Positions 1-12,989 of a stretch of 64,000 nucleotides of DNA are shown piece by piece. The DNA is from Camelus dromedarius. Its lineage: Eukaryota. Numbering within the stretch: the first letter of the stretch is position 1; the number at the start of each line of letters is the position of its first letter. The DNA is taken from positions 76,694,001-76,758,000 of the forward strand of contig NC_087445.1 of the NCBI RefSeq assembly GCF_036321535.1. Direction: 5' to 3'. The notes beneath the pieces are model-generated. The model ran no database searches. It was not told where the DNA came from and saw nothing but the letters and a program-made list of their open reading frames with translations. The position numbers and the translations under genes were made by a program.

Positions 1-49
1 CACAGAGACCCCTTGTCAAGGTCATACAGTAGCAAGAGAGGCTGAATGA

Positions 50-1295
50 GAAGTCAACTGTCATCCCAACCTCACACCATACACAAAAACGAACTCCATT
101 TTGAGTTAATTTTTGTGCTCCTCAATATAAGAGCTTGAACTCTAAAACTCTTAGGGGAAACACAGAGCTTTTTTGACCTTGGATTTCATGATGGTCTCTT
201 AGCTATGACCCCAAAAGCATCAGCAACAAAAGAAAAAAAAGAGAAGTTGGGCTTCATCTGAATTTTAAACTTTTGTGTGTCAAAAGACACCAGCAAGAGG
301 GTGAAAGGACAGCCTACAGAATGGGAAAAGACATTTGTAGATCATACATCTGATAAGAGTCTAGTATCCAGGATATATAAAAACTCTCAGAATTCAGCAG
401 AAGACACCCAATTTAAAAATGGACATTCCTCCAGAACAGATAAACAAACAGCCAATAAGCACATGAAAAGATGCTCAATCTCATTAGACATTAAGGAGAT
501 GCAGATCAAAGCCACAAGGAGACAACACTTCACATCCACTGGAATGGCTAAAATCAAAAAAAAAAAAAAAAAAAAAAGAAAGAAAGAAAGAAAGAAAGAG
601 AAAAAGAAAACAGAAGAAAGGGAAGTAACAGGTATTGTGAGGATGTGGAAAATTTGGAGCCCTNNNNNNNNNNNNNNNNNNNNNNNNNNNNNNNNNNNNN
701 NNNNNNNNNNNNNNNNNNNNNNNNNNNNNNNNNNNNNNNNNNNNNNNNNNNNNNNNNNNNNNNNNNNNNNNNNNNNNNNNNNNNNNNNNNNNNNNNNNNN
801 NNGAAACCGAAGCAAGTGCATGTACACAAATGCTCACAGCAGCACCATCCACAGAGGCCAGAAGGTGGGAATAGCCCCAGTGTCCATCAACGGATGAACA
901 GATAAACAAAATGTGGTCCATCCCTACAGAGGAATGCTGTCAGTCATAAATAGGAATGACACATGCCCACCGTGGCTGAATGTCAGAAGCAACGTGATCA
1001 GTGAAGGAGATGAAACACAGGTCAATACTGCACAGACCCACTTTCATAAAGGACCCAGAGCAGGGACATCCGCAGAGACGGACACACATGGGTGGCAGCC
1101 GGGGCCGGGGAGGAGGGCGTGGGGAGGGACTGCCTACTGGGCAGTGGTTCCTTTTAGGGGGCGATGGAAATGTTCTGAAGCAAAATTAAGATGATGGCTG
1201 CACGATGTGGTGAGTGGACCAGAGGCCACTGAATCACATGCTTTAAAATGATTAATTTTAGGTTATGTAAATTTCCTCTTAAGAATTTTAAAAAA
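50..1295 (+). mobile_element. LINE-1 remnant (ORF2 C-terminal region and 3'UTR), interrupted by an N gap
   Basis: The ORF at 277-897 gives L1 ORF2-like text (RVKGQPTEWEKTFVDHTSDKSLVSRIYK, ANKHMKRCSISLDIKEMQIK). It is followed by an old L1 3'UTR ending in an A-rich tail at ~1285-1296. Frameshifted and degenerate. Confidence 0.9.
664..802. other. Assembly gap (N run)
   Basis: 139 consecutive N. Confidence 1.
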
Positions 1296-3284
1296 ATCAG
1301 TGGTGGTGTAGTTTCCACCACTGGCTCCTAGTGAACAAATAAAGGATATTTTCAGGTGCCCGAAACCACGGCTCCGGATTCCTGAGACTGGGCCCTTCTT
1401 GCCTGGGGCGGGGTATGGGGGTGAAGCTCGGGCTTTGACGGGTCCTTAGGTGAGGCAGAGGGCGGTCTCCAGGGCACAGCCAGCCTGGGATGGCGGGGCG
1501 GCTGGGGAGCCCCTGGGTGAGCCCCTGGGGGGCTGGATGCTGAGCCCAAGGTCAGGGGAGCAGAGCGGGGACCCCACTCCAGAGGCCCAGCCCCAGGTCA
1601 GGCCTGAGCACCGCCGCCGTGTGGCACCACGCGGCTGGAGGAACAGCAGTGATCATGTGGTCAAGAGAGGAAGGAACTGCTCCTGGTAACTCATGGCAAC
1701 GACTCAAATTAGGCCAAGTTCCCAAATGCCAGGCACACAGGCAGGGCAGAGCCGGACCCAAAGGGGATTAAGGGAAAATACGTGTGCCGTTGCCTGAGCC
1801 CAGCTGGCAGGGAGCCCATGCAGACGGGTTCCAGCCCAGACACCGCTCTCGTCCTTCCCTCCACACTTTCTTCTGCTTCTGTGTTTTTGAGAAGCTCCCT
1901 CCAGTCTGCTCGCTGCCTCCACCCCTGCTGCGGGCCCTTCCCAAGAGGCCCCCCCGGCTGTGCTCCCCTGGCCACTGGCCAGCCCCCGCACTGCTCTGCT
2001 CAACCCAGTGTTACTGCCCCCCCTGATGTCCTTACCTGTCAGACATCTGCCCCATTCCCACCTCTGTCAGCCCCTCTTCCTCCCTCCCGGCCCCCCTCAG
2101 GCCGCCCGGCACCTGTGCGGCCACATCACCGTAGAAGCGAATGCCCTTCGACCAGGCCAGGCCCTCTGACACTGGCCATCCCCCAGCCCTCCCACCCCGG
2201 CCCACCTTCCCTCACCTGCTGCTGTGGACCCCCCCGAATGCCTTTGTCCCTCTCCACCCTCTATCCGCCTCGACACCCCTCGTTCCCACCCCTCTTGCAC
2301 AGCCCCCCGGGGGCTTTCCCGACACCCCTAGCCGGCACCACAGAGCTTGCTTCCTGTTCCCTCTAGAATGCCAGGGCCATGGGAAAGGACAAGACATCTT
2401 GGCATCATGTCCTGGACAAGACCTGGTGCGTCAGTGTTTGCTTACTCAGTGACTGTGGCTGGGGACCTGCTACGTGGCAGGCCCTGATGGAGGCACGGGG
2501 AAGAGAGGTCCACAAGTTCCCTCCCCAGCAGCACTCTCTCCCTGGATTGGCCCTTCCCCTCCCACCCCAGTCTTGTCCTCTCCCACGCCCGGACTCACCC
2601 CTGGAGCTGCAGCCTCCAGCTTGGTGGCCTCATCGCCTCCCCGGCCCCAACCATTAGCTGGATGCCCACCCTAGATGTCCAAATTCTCTGTCCCACCAAG
2701 AGGAGCACGGTGGGAAGAATCGCCCAGCTGGGCCACGTGGCTCTAGCACCAAGGCAGGGGCCCGCCCTCCAGGGAGCCTAGGTCACAGCCTCGTCCCTCC
2801 TCCTTCTCCCCCAGTTTCTTCATCTTTGCTGCTCACATTATGCCCAGTGGATGATCCCCTCCCCGGTGCATTTCTGGGACCCTCCTCAACTGCCCGCTTG
2901 ACCTCCTGCACCAGCACCGCATCAGCCCTCCAGCCCAGCCAGCGGCTCCTGCCCTCTGCTCCCGCTGCACCTTCCCCCTGCCTCCCAGCCTCCACCCCAG
3001 CCTTGCTCCCGCTCCTCCTCCAGCTGGGCACGGCCAGACTCCTAAACAGCTGGTAGGTTTGCAGTCCCTCACTGCACCCAGTTATTTGATATTTTTTAAA
3101 TAAAGGAAATACTCGTAACAGGTCCATAATGCCAATAAGAGTGAATGGTCAGACCCCACCCCAAACCTTTTCCAGCTCCCACCCCTGGAAACAGCTTCAG
3201 CTTCATGCCTGATTATTCTAGAATTTGCATCCATACCTTAATAACTCGCATCTATAGCTTTCTTTATGTTTTGGGGGTCTTTTC

Positions 3285-4545
3285 CCCCAGTTTTCTGAGG
3301 CGTAATTGCAGCGCTAAGGGTAAGACACGCAGCATAATGATTTTACATACGTGCTTCATGAGATGGTTATCGCTGTGCGTTTAGTGAACACTCATCATCT
3401 CATATAAATACAAAATTAAAGACATGGAAAAAAATTTTAATTCTTGTTAATACCGAGCAGGACCCTGTGGCCGCTCCCCGCATCCAACCCCTGCCTCTTG
3501 TTTCTAGAAAAGCTGGGCTCCCCGCCTCCCTGGGTCGCGGAAGAGCGGGCTCCCGCAGTTGATCAGGACAAGTCTGCAGGCACCGGGGGGTGCCAACGCC
3601 TCTGACCGCCTCTCTCAGGGATTCACTGAGATCATTCCTTCACTTCCCTTTAAGACTTTCATGGCGGGACAGACTCTTCAGAGATGATTCTTTTTTGGGG
3701 GGGGCTGGAAGCTGGCCCACCACATTGCAGACATTCTGATTAAAAGCAACTTTCCTTTTTGTTACCGAGGCTGTTGCCCCCAGGATCACACTCCTGTCCC
3801 TCCCTCAAATAGAATCCAATTACTCTTGTCTAAGTCTCAGGAGGCAGCTGCGGAGAAGAAACATGAGCTGGTTAGGACGTCGGAGTCCAGGACGGTGGAG
3901 GCTTTGGCTGCCGGTGGACCCCGAGCCTCATTGTACACTCACCGTAACACACTAGCTGCTGAGTGACATGTGCACCTGCCATGGCAGTTGATGGTTGCCA
4001 TAACAACAGCTAGAAAAGCCCACAGAAGGATGGAAAACCTTGAACAAGGACTGACTGGCTCCATCACACCCCGAAGGAGGAGGAAATGATGGCAGGAGCC
4101 TCCCATGAAAGTCCACGTGCCCCCCCCCCCCCCCCCCCCGCCGGGCAGGAGCTGTCTCGAGCACCTCCGCCCTTCTCCCTGCTCCAGCAGTTCCTTCCTT
4201 GTCCTCTTTTGAGAAATAAAAGCAGTTTTCGCTCTGTCCCTCTGCCTCGGCTGTGAAGTCTTTCCAGCCGGCAAGCAAGGATCCACACTTAGGTGGGCCT
4301 CCTAACGTAGGGGTCGCACTACCGGCAAACGTTGCGATGAGAACTCCCAGGCTTTCCTCTCTTAACCACTTACATACACAACATACAGCAGAGTGAATCG
4401 AATCCATCATGTTGCAGATCACATCACTAGTGCTTATGTATCCTGTAAGTAGAAGCTTGTACCTTTCAACCGACTTCATCCAGTGCCCCGTCCCCAGCGC
4501 CCTGCCTCTGGTAACCACTGATCTGATCCCTTTTCCTTAAGTTTG
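3285..4545 (-). mobile_element. L1 3' end (two pieces, ~3285-3444 and ~4331-4545) split by an LTR insertion
   Basis: The left piece (…catctcatataaatacaaaattaaag…aattcttg) and the right piece (gcgatgagaactcccagg…gcctctggtaaccactgatctgatc) join into one continuous antisense L1 3'UTR-like sequence, judged from memory of L1 consensus. Confidence 0.7.
3445..4330 (+). mobile_element. Solo ERV-type LTR (~885 bp)
   Basis: Starts TGTT and ends …ctaccggcaaac. Has an internal AATAAA (gaaataaaagc, ~4214-4220) and interrupts an L1. No clean TSD, so the boundaries are approximate. Confidence 0.65.
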
Positions 4546-4699
4546 CTGGTGTTTGAAGGATAACTGACCTACAACGCTGTTGGCTCCTGTTACGCAACAC
4601 AGCGATTTAGTATTTCAGTACATCTCACAGTGACCATCATGATAGTTCCAGTTACAATATGTCACCATCCAAAGATAACACACACTTACTTACTAAATT

Positions 4700-5510
4700 C
4701 CCCGCACTGTGTGCACGTGTGTGTGTTATAAATACGTACTTATTTTAAGTTGCTGATCTCTCAAGTTCAAATGCATTTTAACCACCCTGCATTTTCACTA
4801 AACTCCCATCGCGGCATTTACGGATTTTGACATCGTATTTTGCGACTTTTTGTCTTGTGTGTCCCTTAACTGCTTGACGCGGGCAGAGACGACCGTACCG
4901 TCCTGTCTTTCAGCCCTCCCACCAGCTCCGCGCGTGACTGGCTTATTACCTCTCCTGGGCGTTTGCCTTTACTAACGAGCTCTCCCCTTCTCTCAGTTTT
5001 ACGTTTCTAGCTGTGGTCTCTTTTGCTTGGAGAAGTTCCTTTAACATTTCTAGTAAAGCTGGTATGGTGATGTTGGACTTTTAGCTTTTGCTTGTCTATG
5101 AAACTTCTGATCTCTCCATGAAATCTGAATGAGACTCTTGCCGGGCAGACCATTCTTGGTTGTAGATTTTCCCCCTTTCATCGCTTTAAATATATGGTGC
5201 CACTCCCTTCTGGCTGGCGGAGTTTCTGCTGAAAAGTCAGCTGAGAGTCTCATGGGAGTTTCCTGGTCTGTAACTTGCTGCTTGTAATAATCTCTCGTTA
5301 TCTTTAATCCTCGCCATGTTAGCTACAATGTGTCTTGGTGTGGTCCTCTGTGGGCTGATCCCATGCGGGACTCTGTGCTTCCTGGACCTGGATGTGCGTT
5401 TCCTTACCCAGGTTAGGCACGTTTTCAGCTATTATGTCTTCAGATTTGTTCTCTGCCCCCTTCTCTCTCCCTTCTCTTTCTGGGACCCCTATAATCACGT
5501 CTTTTTTCAA
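4700..5510 (-). mobile_element. LINE-1 ORF1 remnant plus inter-ORF region
   Basis: Minus-strand translations RLSADFSAETPPARREWHHIFKAMKG (5050-5253) and IIGVPEREGREKGAENKSEDIIAENVPNLGKETHIQVQEAQ (5319-5510) are recognisable L1 ORF1p segments. Frameshifted. Confidence 0.9.
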
Positions 5511-6799
5511 TGCCCCTTAATGTGTTTTGAGGAGTGTTTATTCTTCAGTATGCTGCTTCTAATTTTATTTCTGTTATGATTTCTTTTTCTTCCACTCTTT
5601 CCCTGAGTTTGTCTAACTTACATTTTTCAGCCCTTCTGTTGACTCACTCTTTCTCCGTAAGCTCGTTTTTCTGCTTCGGGTTTTGTTTTGTAGAGGTGGT
5701 TGCTCCTCCCACCTTTTTTTAATTCATGGAGAAATATTTGAAAAAATTTCGTCTGTCCCGTGGCATAAAATTTTTGGCATGAGTTCATTTGCCATGAATT
5801 TCACCTGTTCTTTTCTTCTTTTTATCCTGTAATATTATTCCATAGATCCCATGCTAATTCCCATTTTGAAATTCATCCATCAGTCAGGTATTTCCTGGCA
5901 CAGATATTTGCACAAGCGGCACTGTGGGAGGAAGTACAGTCATAACTAGGGGAACAAGGATTTTCCTTATGACCCAGGGTTACACATGAAGTTCCTTCAG
6001 CCTTTACAACCCTGAGTCAGAGAGAAAAGGAAGCTGTAGGAATGTTCCTGGAGCAAGGTCTCTCTCATCCCAGCCCCAACACAGACAGACAATCCTGCAA
6101 ATACAGCACAACTTTGTGAGTCTTAATCCAGCACCGCACCCTCTATTTCTCAGAACCAGACTCCCAGGCAGGCTCCTGGTGCCACAGGACCCACCACACC
6201 CTCATTGCTAGAACAGGATTTTGTGTTTGCACCTTGGAGAAGGGGACTCATCGATGCTTCCAGAGACCTGTAACCAGGACATTCCCTCCTCACTCTTCAT
6301 TTGGCTCCCCTGCTCAGTTCCTGCTCTTCTGCGCACCCTGTCCACTTATTGTATGGTCCAGGATGTTAAATGCTTCCTTAGTTACCTCTAAGAGTTTGTT
6401 TTCTGAACTTGTTTTCCTCGTTGGCTTTTTGTGCTTTCTGAAAGGACAGAAGAAATGCCAGTGTTGGGCTGAGAGCTTCAAGCTGAAGGTGCCGTAACAT
6501 CCCGTTCACAAACCCCCTTTCTGCTGAAGTCAACAGAGTTGTCATCTGTGGCTTAACAAAGAGCCCCAGCTGATACAGAGAGTGGCACCGAGAGTGGCGG
6601 CAGGCAAGGTCTGCCCAGGAGGCGTCAGGGCGCTGCTGGACATCCGGCTCTCTCCAGGCACTGGGTAGAAGGCATTTCTGTGTCTGCTGGAAGCCAGGGG
6701 CAGATGTGTGGCTTGTTTTGGGCAGTGAAATGTGAGTGAAGTGACACATGACAGCTCCAGAGAAAAGCCTTCAGATTCAACGATCAGGTTGTTGGTTTT

Positions 6800-8648
6800 T
6801 TTAATTAATAAGCTTTATTTTTAAGAGCAGTTTTAGGTTCACAGCCAAATTTAACAGAAAGTAAAAAGAGTTTCCATAAGACCTCATATCTCCACACACA
6901 TGACCTCCCACTACTGACATTCTGCGCCACCGGGTGCAGTCAATGTGCCTACACTGACACGTCATTGCTACGTGAAGTCCATCATTTACATTAACATTCA
7001 CTCTCAGTGTTGTATATTCTGTGGGTTTTGACGAATGTGTAACGACCTGTATCACCATTATAGTATCATGCAGAATTGTTTCACTGCTCTAAACATTCAC
7101 CCCGCCATCTCCCCTTAGACCCAGGCAACCGCTGATCTTCTTACAGTCTGCACAGCTGTGCCTTTCCCAGAATGTCATAAATAGTTGGACTCATTCAGTC
7201 TGTAGCCTTTCCAGATTGGCTCCTGTCACTTAATATTTTGTACATGTGGTTCCTCCATGTCTTCTCATGACCTGACCGCTCACTTCTTTTTAGTGCTGAC
7301 GTACCACCATTTATGCATCCATTCACCTGCTGAAGGACATCCTGATTGCTCCGAAGTTTAAGCACTTTATAGCTGGCAATAATAGAGCTGCAATAAACAT
7401 CTATGTGTAGGATTTTGCGTGGACATAAGTTTTCACTTCATCTGGATAAATATTAGGGAGTATGATTGCTGGGTCATATGGTAGGAGTATGTTTAGTTTT
7501 GTAAGAAATTGCCACGCTGTCTTCCAAAGTGGCTGTATCGCTTTGCACTCCCACCAGCAGCCAACGAGAGCTCCCGCTGCTCCGCACCCGGGCCAGCCTG
7601 TGGTGGTGTCAGTGCTCTGCATTTCGGCCGTTCCCATAGGCGGGTAGGGACATCTCGTTGTTTCAGTTTGCTTTTCCCTAATGACACATGATGTTGAGCA
7701 TCTTTTCATGTGCTTATTTGCCACCAGAATACCTCTGGAGAGCTATCTGTTCCTGTCCTTTGATCATTTTTAATCAGGTTGTTCATTTTGTGATTGTTGA
7801 GCTTTAAGAGGCTTTTTTTGGAATAGTTTGGATAACAGTCCTTTATCAGATGTTTATTTTGCAAATATTTTCTCCCAGTCTCCAGCTTCTCTTCTTATTC
7901 CCTTGACACTGTCTTCCACAGAGCAGACGTTTTAAATGAAGTCCAGCTTATCAATTTTTTCTTTCATGGATCATGACTTTGGTGCTGATTCTGAAAAATC
8001 ATTACCACACTCAAGGTCATTAGCTTTTCAGCTATGTTATTTCCTAGGAGTTTTACAGGTTTGCATTATACATTTGTAACTACGATCCACTGTGAGTTAA
8101 TTTCAGTGAAAGGTGTTGGGTTTCTGTGTCCAGGCTTGTTTGCTGGTGGATGTCCAGTTTTACCAGCACCATTTGTTGAAAAGACTCTTCTCCACTGTAT
8201 TTCCTTTGCTCATTTTTCAAAGATTAGCAGACCACACTTAGATGGGTCCTTTTCTGGACTCTCCATTACGATGAGCTATTTGTCCCCTCTTTCACCAGTA
8301 CTTCGATCACAGTAGGTTTATTATAGTCTTGAAGTTGGGTAGTGCCAATCTTCCAACTGTGTTCTCCTTTAATAGTGACTCAGCTATTTTGTGTCTTTGG
8401 TCTCTCCACGTACACTTTAGAATCCGTTTGTCACTATCCAGAAACTAACTTGCTGGGAATGCACTGACTCTGTAGATCAAGTAGGGAAGAACTGACATCT
8501 TGACAGTTTTGACTTTCCTATCCATGAACGTAGAGTATCTCTCTACTCATTTCGTTCATCTTTGGTATCTTTCATCAGGGTTTTGAGCTTTTTCTCTTAT
8601 AAATCTTATACCTAGCTTGTTAGATTTAAACCTAATTACTTCATTAAT
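6800..8648 (-). mobile_element. Old LINE-1 (L1M-type) 3'UTR and ORF2 3' region, antisense
   Basis: The minus ORF 7401-7724 (ANKHMKRCSTSCVIREKQTETT…AIQPLWKTAWQFLTKLNILLPYDPAIIL) is L1 ORF2 C-terminus. The T-rich antisense tail is at ~6800. The element continues at 9573-9897 and 10529-10595 after younger insertions. Confidence 0.9.
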
Positions 8649-9064
8649 TGCTAACCTAAAGCAATAAAACAGCCTACTATTTTGCTAAGAAAACAAGCTT
8701 ACTCAGGAGCAGCAAAGAACTGCAATTCAGGACGTGCAACAGCGGCAAACCACACGCAAGCCTAGTGAAGTAAAGGAGGGGAGAGTCTTTCGTAGAGCAG
8801 AAGGGGAAGTTGGAAAGTGTTGTTATAAACAAAAAGTCCTTGGGAGGAAACTGGGAGTTTGGAGTATACTGGCTTCCCCTGGCTGAGTTGTGACACTGAC
8901 CGAGCTCTTGCTGGACAAGGAGAAACCACTCCTTCCTCCTGCTGGTGGGAGTAAAGGAGAGCCACGCGCTGCCTGAGCTGCATCTGTACTGACGTCTAAG
9001 GGCACACACAGCAGGGCACCCCTTCCGGCCTCTCGACTCCGTTTTAGTGAGTGTTCTCGTGGCA
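8649..9064 (-). mobile_element. Solo ERV1-like LTR (~416 bp)
   Basis: Has TG…CA termini. The minus strand ends in an LTR-typical U5 (…gagtaaagcttgttttcttagcaaaatagtaggctgttttattgctttaggttagca). It interrupts the L1. Confidence 0.6.
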
Positions 9065-9124
9065 GGCACACCTCCTTTTATTGCACTCCAGTTTATTGGG
9101 CTATTCTGATACTGGTTTTGTTGG

Positions 9125-9156
<32 letters not shown>

Positions 9157-9572
9157 TGAAGGTTTGTGGTGACCCTGCATCAAGCAAGTCGGCTGGTGCC
9201 ATTTTTCTGACATCATTTCCTCACTTTGTGTCTCTGAGTCATATTTTGGTAATTCTCACAATATTAAAAATTTTCGTTATTATTGTATCTGTAATGACAA
9301 CCTGTGATCTGGGATCTTTGACCTCACTACCACGACGCGCTGAAGGCTCAGATGGTGGTTAGGATTTTTGAGCAGTAACGTATTTTTTAATGAAGGTATG
9401 TGTATTTTTAAAGACATAATGCTACTGCACACTTAGCAGACTACAGTGTAGTGTAAACGTAACTTTCATATGGACTGGGAAGCCAAAAAATTCATGAGAC
9501 TCTCTTCATTGTCGTATTCGCTTTATTGTGGCGGTCTGGATCCAAACCCACAATCTCCATCAAGTACGCCGC
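9063..9572 (+). mobile_element. Tigger1-derived non-autonomous DNA transposon (internal deletion derivative)
   Basis: The 5' end (caggcacacctcc…acaaattgaaggtttgtggtgaccctgc) and the 3' end (ctgaaggctcagatg…agacataatgctactgcacactta…ctttattgtggcggtctgga…aagtacgcc) match both ends of Tigger1 as I recall it. The transposase region is missing. Confidence 0.85.
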
Positions 9573-9897
9573 GTGAATGCCCACTTGCTCATTGCTGGTT
9601 TACAGGAAAGCCACCGGCTTTTGTTCATTTCCCTTGCCTCCTGCAGCCTTGCTACAGTCACTTGTTAGTTCCAGTTTTTTGTCAACTCTTTTGGATGTTC
9701 TACATAGACAATCACGTCATTTGCAAAGACAATTTGATTTCTTCCTTCCAATCTGCACATAGTTTACTGCTTTTTCTTGTCGGCTTGCATGTGTTACAAC
9801 TTCTAGTACGGTATTTAAACACAGTGATGAGAAGGGACATTCTTGCCTTGTTCCTGATCTTAGCAGGAGAACTTCAAGTTTCTATTAAGTATGATGT

Positions 9898-10528
9898 TGA
9901 GACAGGATGGAAGGGGACAGGGCACAGCCACTTGAGGAATAACATCATTTAACACTAAAATGGTGGAGGACTCACCTCCCAGTTGGCCTTAGGATTAAGA
10001 GGTTTGACTCCTGGTGGACCTTGAGCTTCATCATATGCTCATTGTAACAGCGGGATCAAGTAACACGCCCGCAGGCGCGTGACAGTTCCAAGGCTAACCG
10101 CAGAAGGCCGAAGAATGGGCGGTGGCCCAAGTCCTGGGAATCCCAGCCCCTTCCCCAGGGCAGTTGGAATCATCCCACCCATAGGCGTGTGAAGCTACTG
10201 AGCCCATAAAAACTGGCAACGCCACGCCTGGCAGCCCTTTCCGCTCCCTCTTCGGAGACGGCCCACGTTCTGTCTATGGAGTGTGTGCCTACTTCTACTT
10301 TAACCTGAGCACCTGATTCCCACACCTCTTTCCTGGCCTTTCTCTTGCCTCACACTCTATGCAGCGTGTGTCTCTCTAAATAAACCTCCCTTTACTCAAC
10401 GGTGGCTCGCACTTGAATTCTTTCCTGCACGAAGCCAAGGACCCACACCTGGCGGGGCGCGTCCCAGGGGCTCAGCCGGGACCTGCGACACTGTGCTCCT
10501 TACGCCCCACGTCTGTTTTCCTGCATCA
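9898..10528 (+). mobile_element. Solo ERV1-type LTR (631 bp) with a 4-bp TSD
   Basis: Runs TGAGAC…GCATCA with AATAAA near 10379 (ctaaataaacc). Flanks are ATGT (9894-9897) and ACAT (10529-10532), and the L1 reads through when the LTR is removed. Confidence 0.8.
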
Positions 10529-12989
10529 ACATTATCTGTAGGTTTTAGGTAAACATTCTTTATCTGGTTGAGGAAGTTTTCCTCTATTCCTAGTTAAGAG
10601 AAATCCAGTGATCAATCTGGTTTCAAACTACTGGTTTTATTTATTAAAAGGTACTTTTGTTAAGCAACACAACATGACCTGTCATGACATGGGAAACCTA
10701 AAGAGCCGAGCGGCAGAGTAGGGTCCTCAGGGCTGAAATGGGGATAATTGGGTGCCCTTGGCTGGCTCAGGTACCTTGAATATCCAACCTCACCAAGGTC
10801 CACTTGGAGAAACCAGCCCCTCCTCCCCTGACTGATACGGCTATTTGTCCTTGATTGAAGACCCTTATCTGAGCAAGTACCTCCCAGGGACAAGCCAGTC
10901 TCCTGTCTCACCCTGCCTCTGCAGCGGTGAGTCAGGTCTCAGCAGGTCCCAGGTGGCCGACTACAAAGTCAAAGTCAGAAGGTTTGACTGAATGAACAAA
11001 TATTTACTGTTCTATATTTTTGAAAAAAAGTCAGGGAAATACGTGGGAACTGATTCTAGACATGCTTGGCCAGGAAGGAGGGGTGCACAGACAGAGCTCC
11101 ACGGGAAGTCCAGACTCAGTGGGCTCGCTGGGGGACTGAGAATTCACTTTGTTGCTCAACCAAACCCAGGAACCCACAGTGGCCCACATGAAGGTAAGTG
11201 AGTCTTCCAGAAATCCCTTGGAACAACAGATGTAAGAAACCTCAGGAGAGAGGTAAGCTTGTTACCTGCGCATCCACCCCACAGGTGGTCCGGGGAGGGC
11301 GAGGAAGCCCCATCCTCTGCCAGGCTGCTGAGGACAGCACCGCAGCAGCGCACAGACACCGTGGGAGAGCGCTGCGGCGGCTCCCCTCTGCAGGCTGCAC
11401 GGGGGGGGGGGGGGGGCACTGGAGTCAGCCGTAGAACCACGCCCCGGCCCAGCGCAGATGCCGAGGCCCGAGGGCGGCAGCGCACACACCGTGACCTCTC
11501 ACTTCCACGGGCCGTGTATGCAAGGTTCCCGCAATGGTCAGGCTAGCGCAGTGAGCTGAGGGCCTGGGGTCACAGCTCTCTGTCCTCTCTCTCTGCCCCT
11601 CTGCCCCTCCACACCAGCTCTGGTGAACAGAGGCTTCTGTTCGGAGCCTCTTGCTGAATCTCTAACCCTGTATTAGTTTAAGTCCTGGAGCCCCTGAATA
11701 GGGCCTCTTCCCAGCCTCACCCAGAGGGGCCAGTGGCAAGGCCTACCCTGGCCTTGCAGGACTGTTGGAACCCCCGTTCCTGACCATGCGTCCTGGTTAG
11801 GGCTACTTCCGTCCAACTCACTGGACACCAGGAGGTGGACTGTCCGACCTGGACACTCCTGCCATTTGGTTCTGAAGACCTGCCCGACAGTAGGTGACTG
11901 GAAGTGCTCTCCGAGGTCTCTGAATCACGTTATCTGCACCTGAGGTGCACAACACCCAGGGGCTGTGAACCGGCCCCTAGACGCATTCTGTGATGTTCCT
12001 AACCTTTTCTCCCCTGTCATCTATATTCTGGTGTCCACTATCGCTCCAGACGTGAGATGCCTCCGTTGCCATTGAAACCCATCACATGCTCCATCCTTGC
12101 TTCTGCACAGCATCAGCCCCCAGCCCTAGGCCAGGGAGGGGTGTGAGTGGCCAAGCCCCGGGAGGCTGCGAAGGGGAGGATGGGGCATTTTACCCTTGGA
12201 GTTGGTTAGGCTCGAGCTCCCACCACGGCTGACCAGATGCAGGTGTCTCCGTATTTCCCCAGCATTTCTTCCCTGTATCGCCTACTGCCCACTGCTGCTT
12301 CTAGAAATGGGGTGTTCCTGCTGCCACCTGCCACAGAAGTGCACCATCTGCTCTCCCCACACATCAGCTCCAAGAAGCGGGGGGGCGGGGCACAGCAGCA
12401 CTCCAAGCTGGAGGGGCGAGCCTCCCCGCCTCCCGTCTTCAGGGGAGCAGCTAGTGATACCCACCCACCAGGCTTGAGATGTTCCTGCCATTTCCACAGG
12501 GGCTTATACCCTCCCAGCTCTCCTGACTGTAACGTGCGGAAAATAATTTGGGTGGAGCTACTGGACACAGAGGGAGTGGGACAACGAGCCCTGGCATAAG
12601 GGTCCAGGTCAAGCAAGATGGCAGAAAACTGTGCGGCACATAGGAATTCCTCAGATACACCTCCAAGAATAAACACACCTAAGCACACCTTTAAGGCTGT
12701 AAAGTTGCTTTTTGCACTGCCTTGACCGTCACCCACAAATACCAATCGTCTTTCAGTCCTAAGGATGCCCCACCAGGGCTTATACTGGGGACTACACACC
12801 CACTGGGGGCTACACTTGGACTCACAGGTAATTTAGAAGGGAAGGAGCAATTTAGAAGAGAAGAGTCCTCATCTTCCAAACATTAAACTTTAACAAGCAC
12901 CTCAAGGTTTTAAGTTGTCCCTTGGCTAGCTAACAGTCTTCGTGTGAGGCCGATTTTCTGACATCTGAGACGCGCCTCACGGCCCAGCG

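Noticed and set aside
277-897. 206-aa ORF as a host gene
   Set aside because: It is decayed L1 ORF2, and its length is inflated by an A-run and the N gap.
1345-1440. Possible lipocalin (LCN1-like) exon remnant, GVKL motif
   Set aside because: The match is only ~12 nt. There is no GxWY motif and no other lipocalin exon nearby.
12200-12900. 197-aa minus ORF and a caagatggc (YY1 / L1 5'UTR-like) motif
   Set aside because: There is no recognisable protein or convincing repeat homology, so it cannot be classified by eye.
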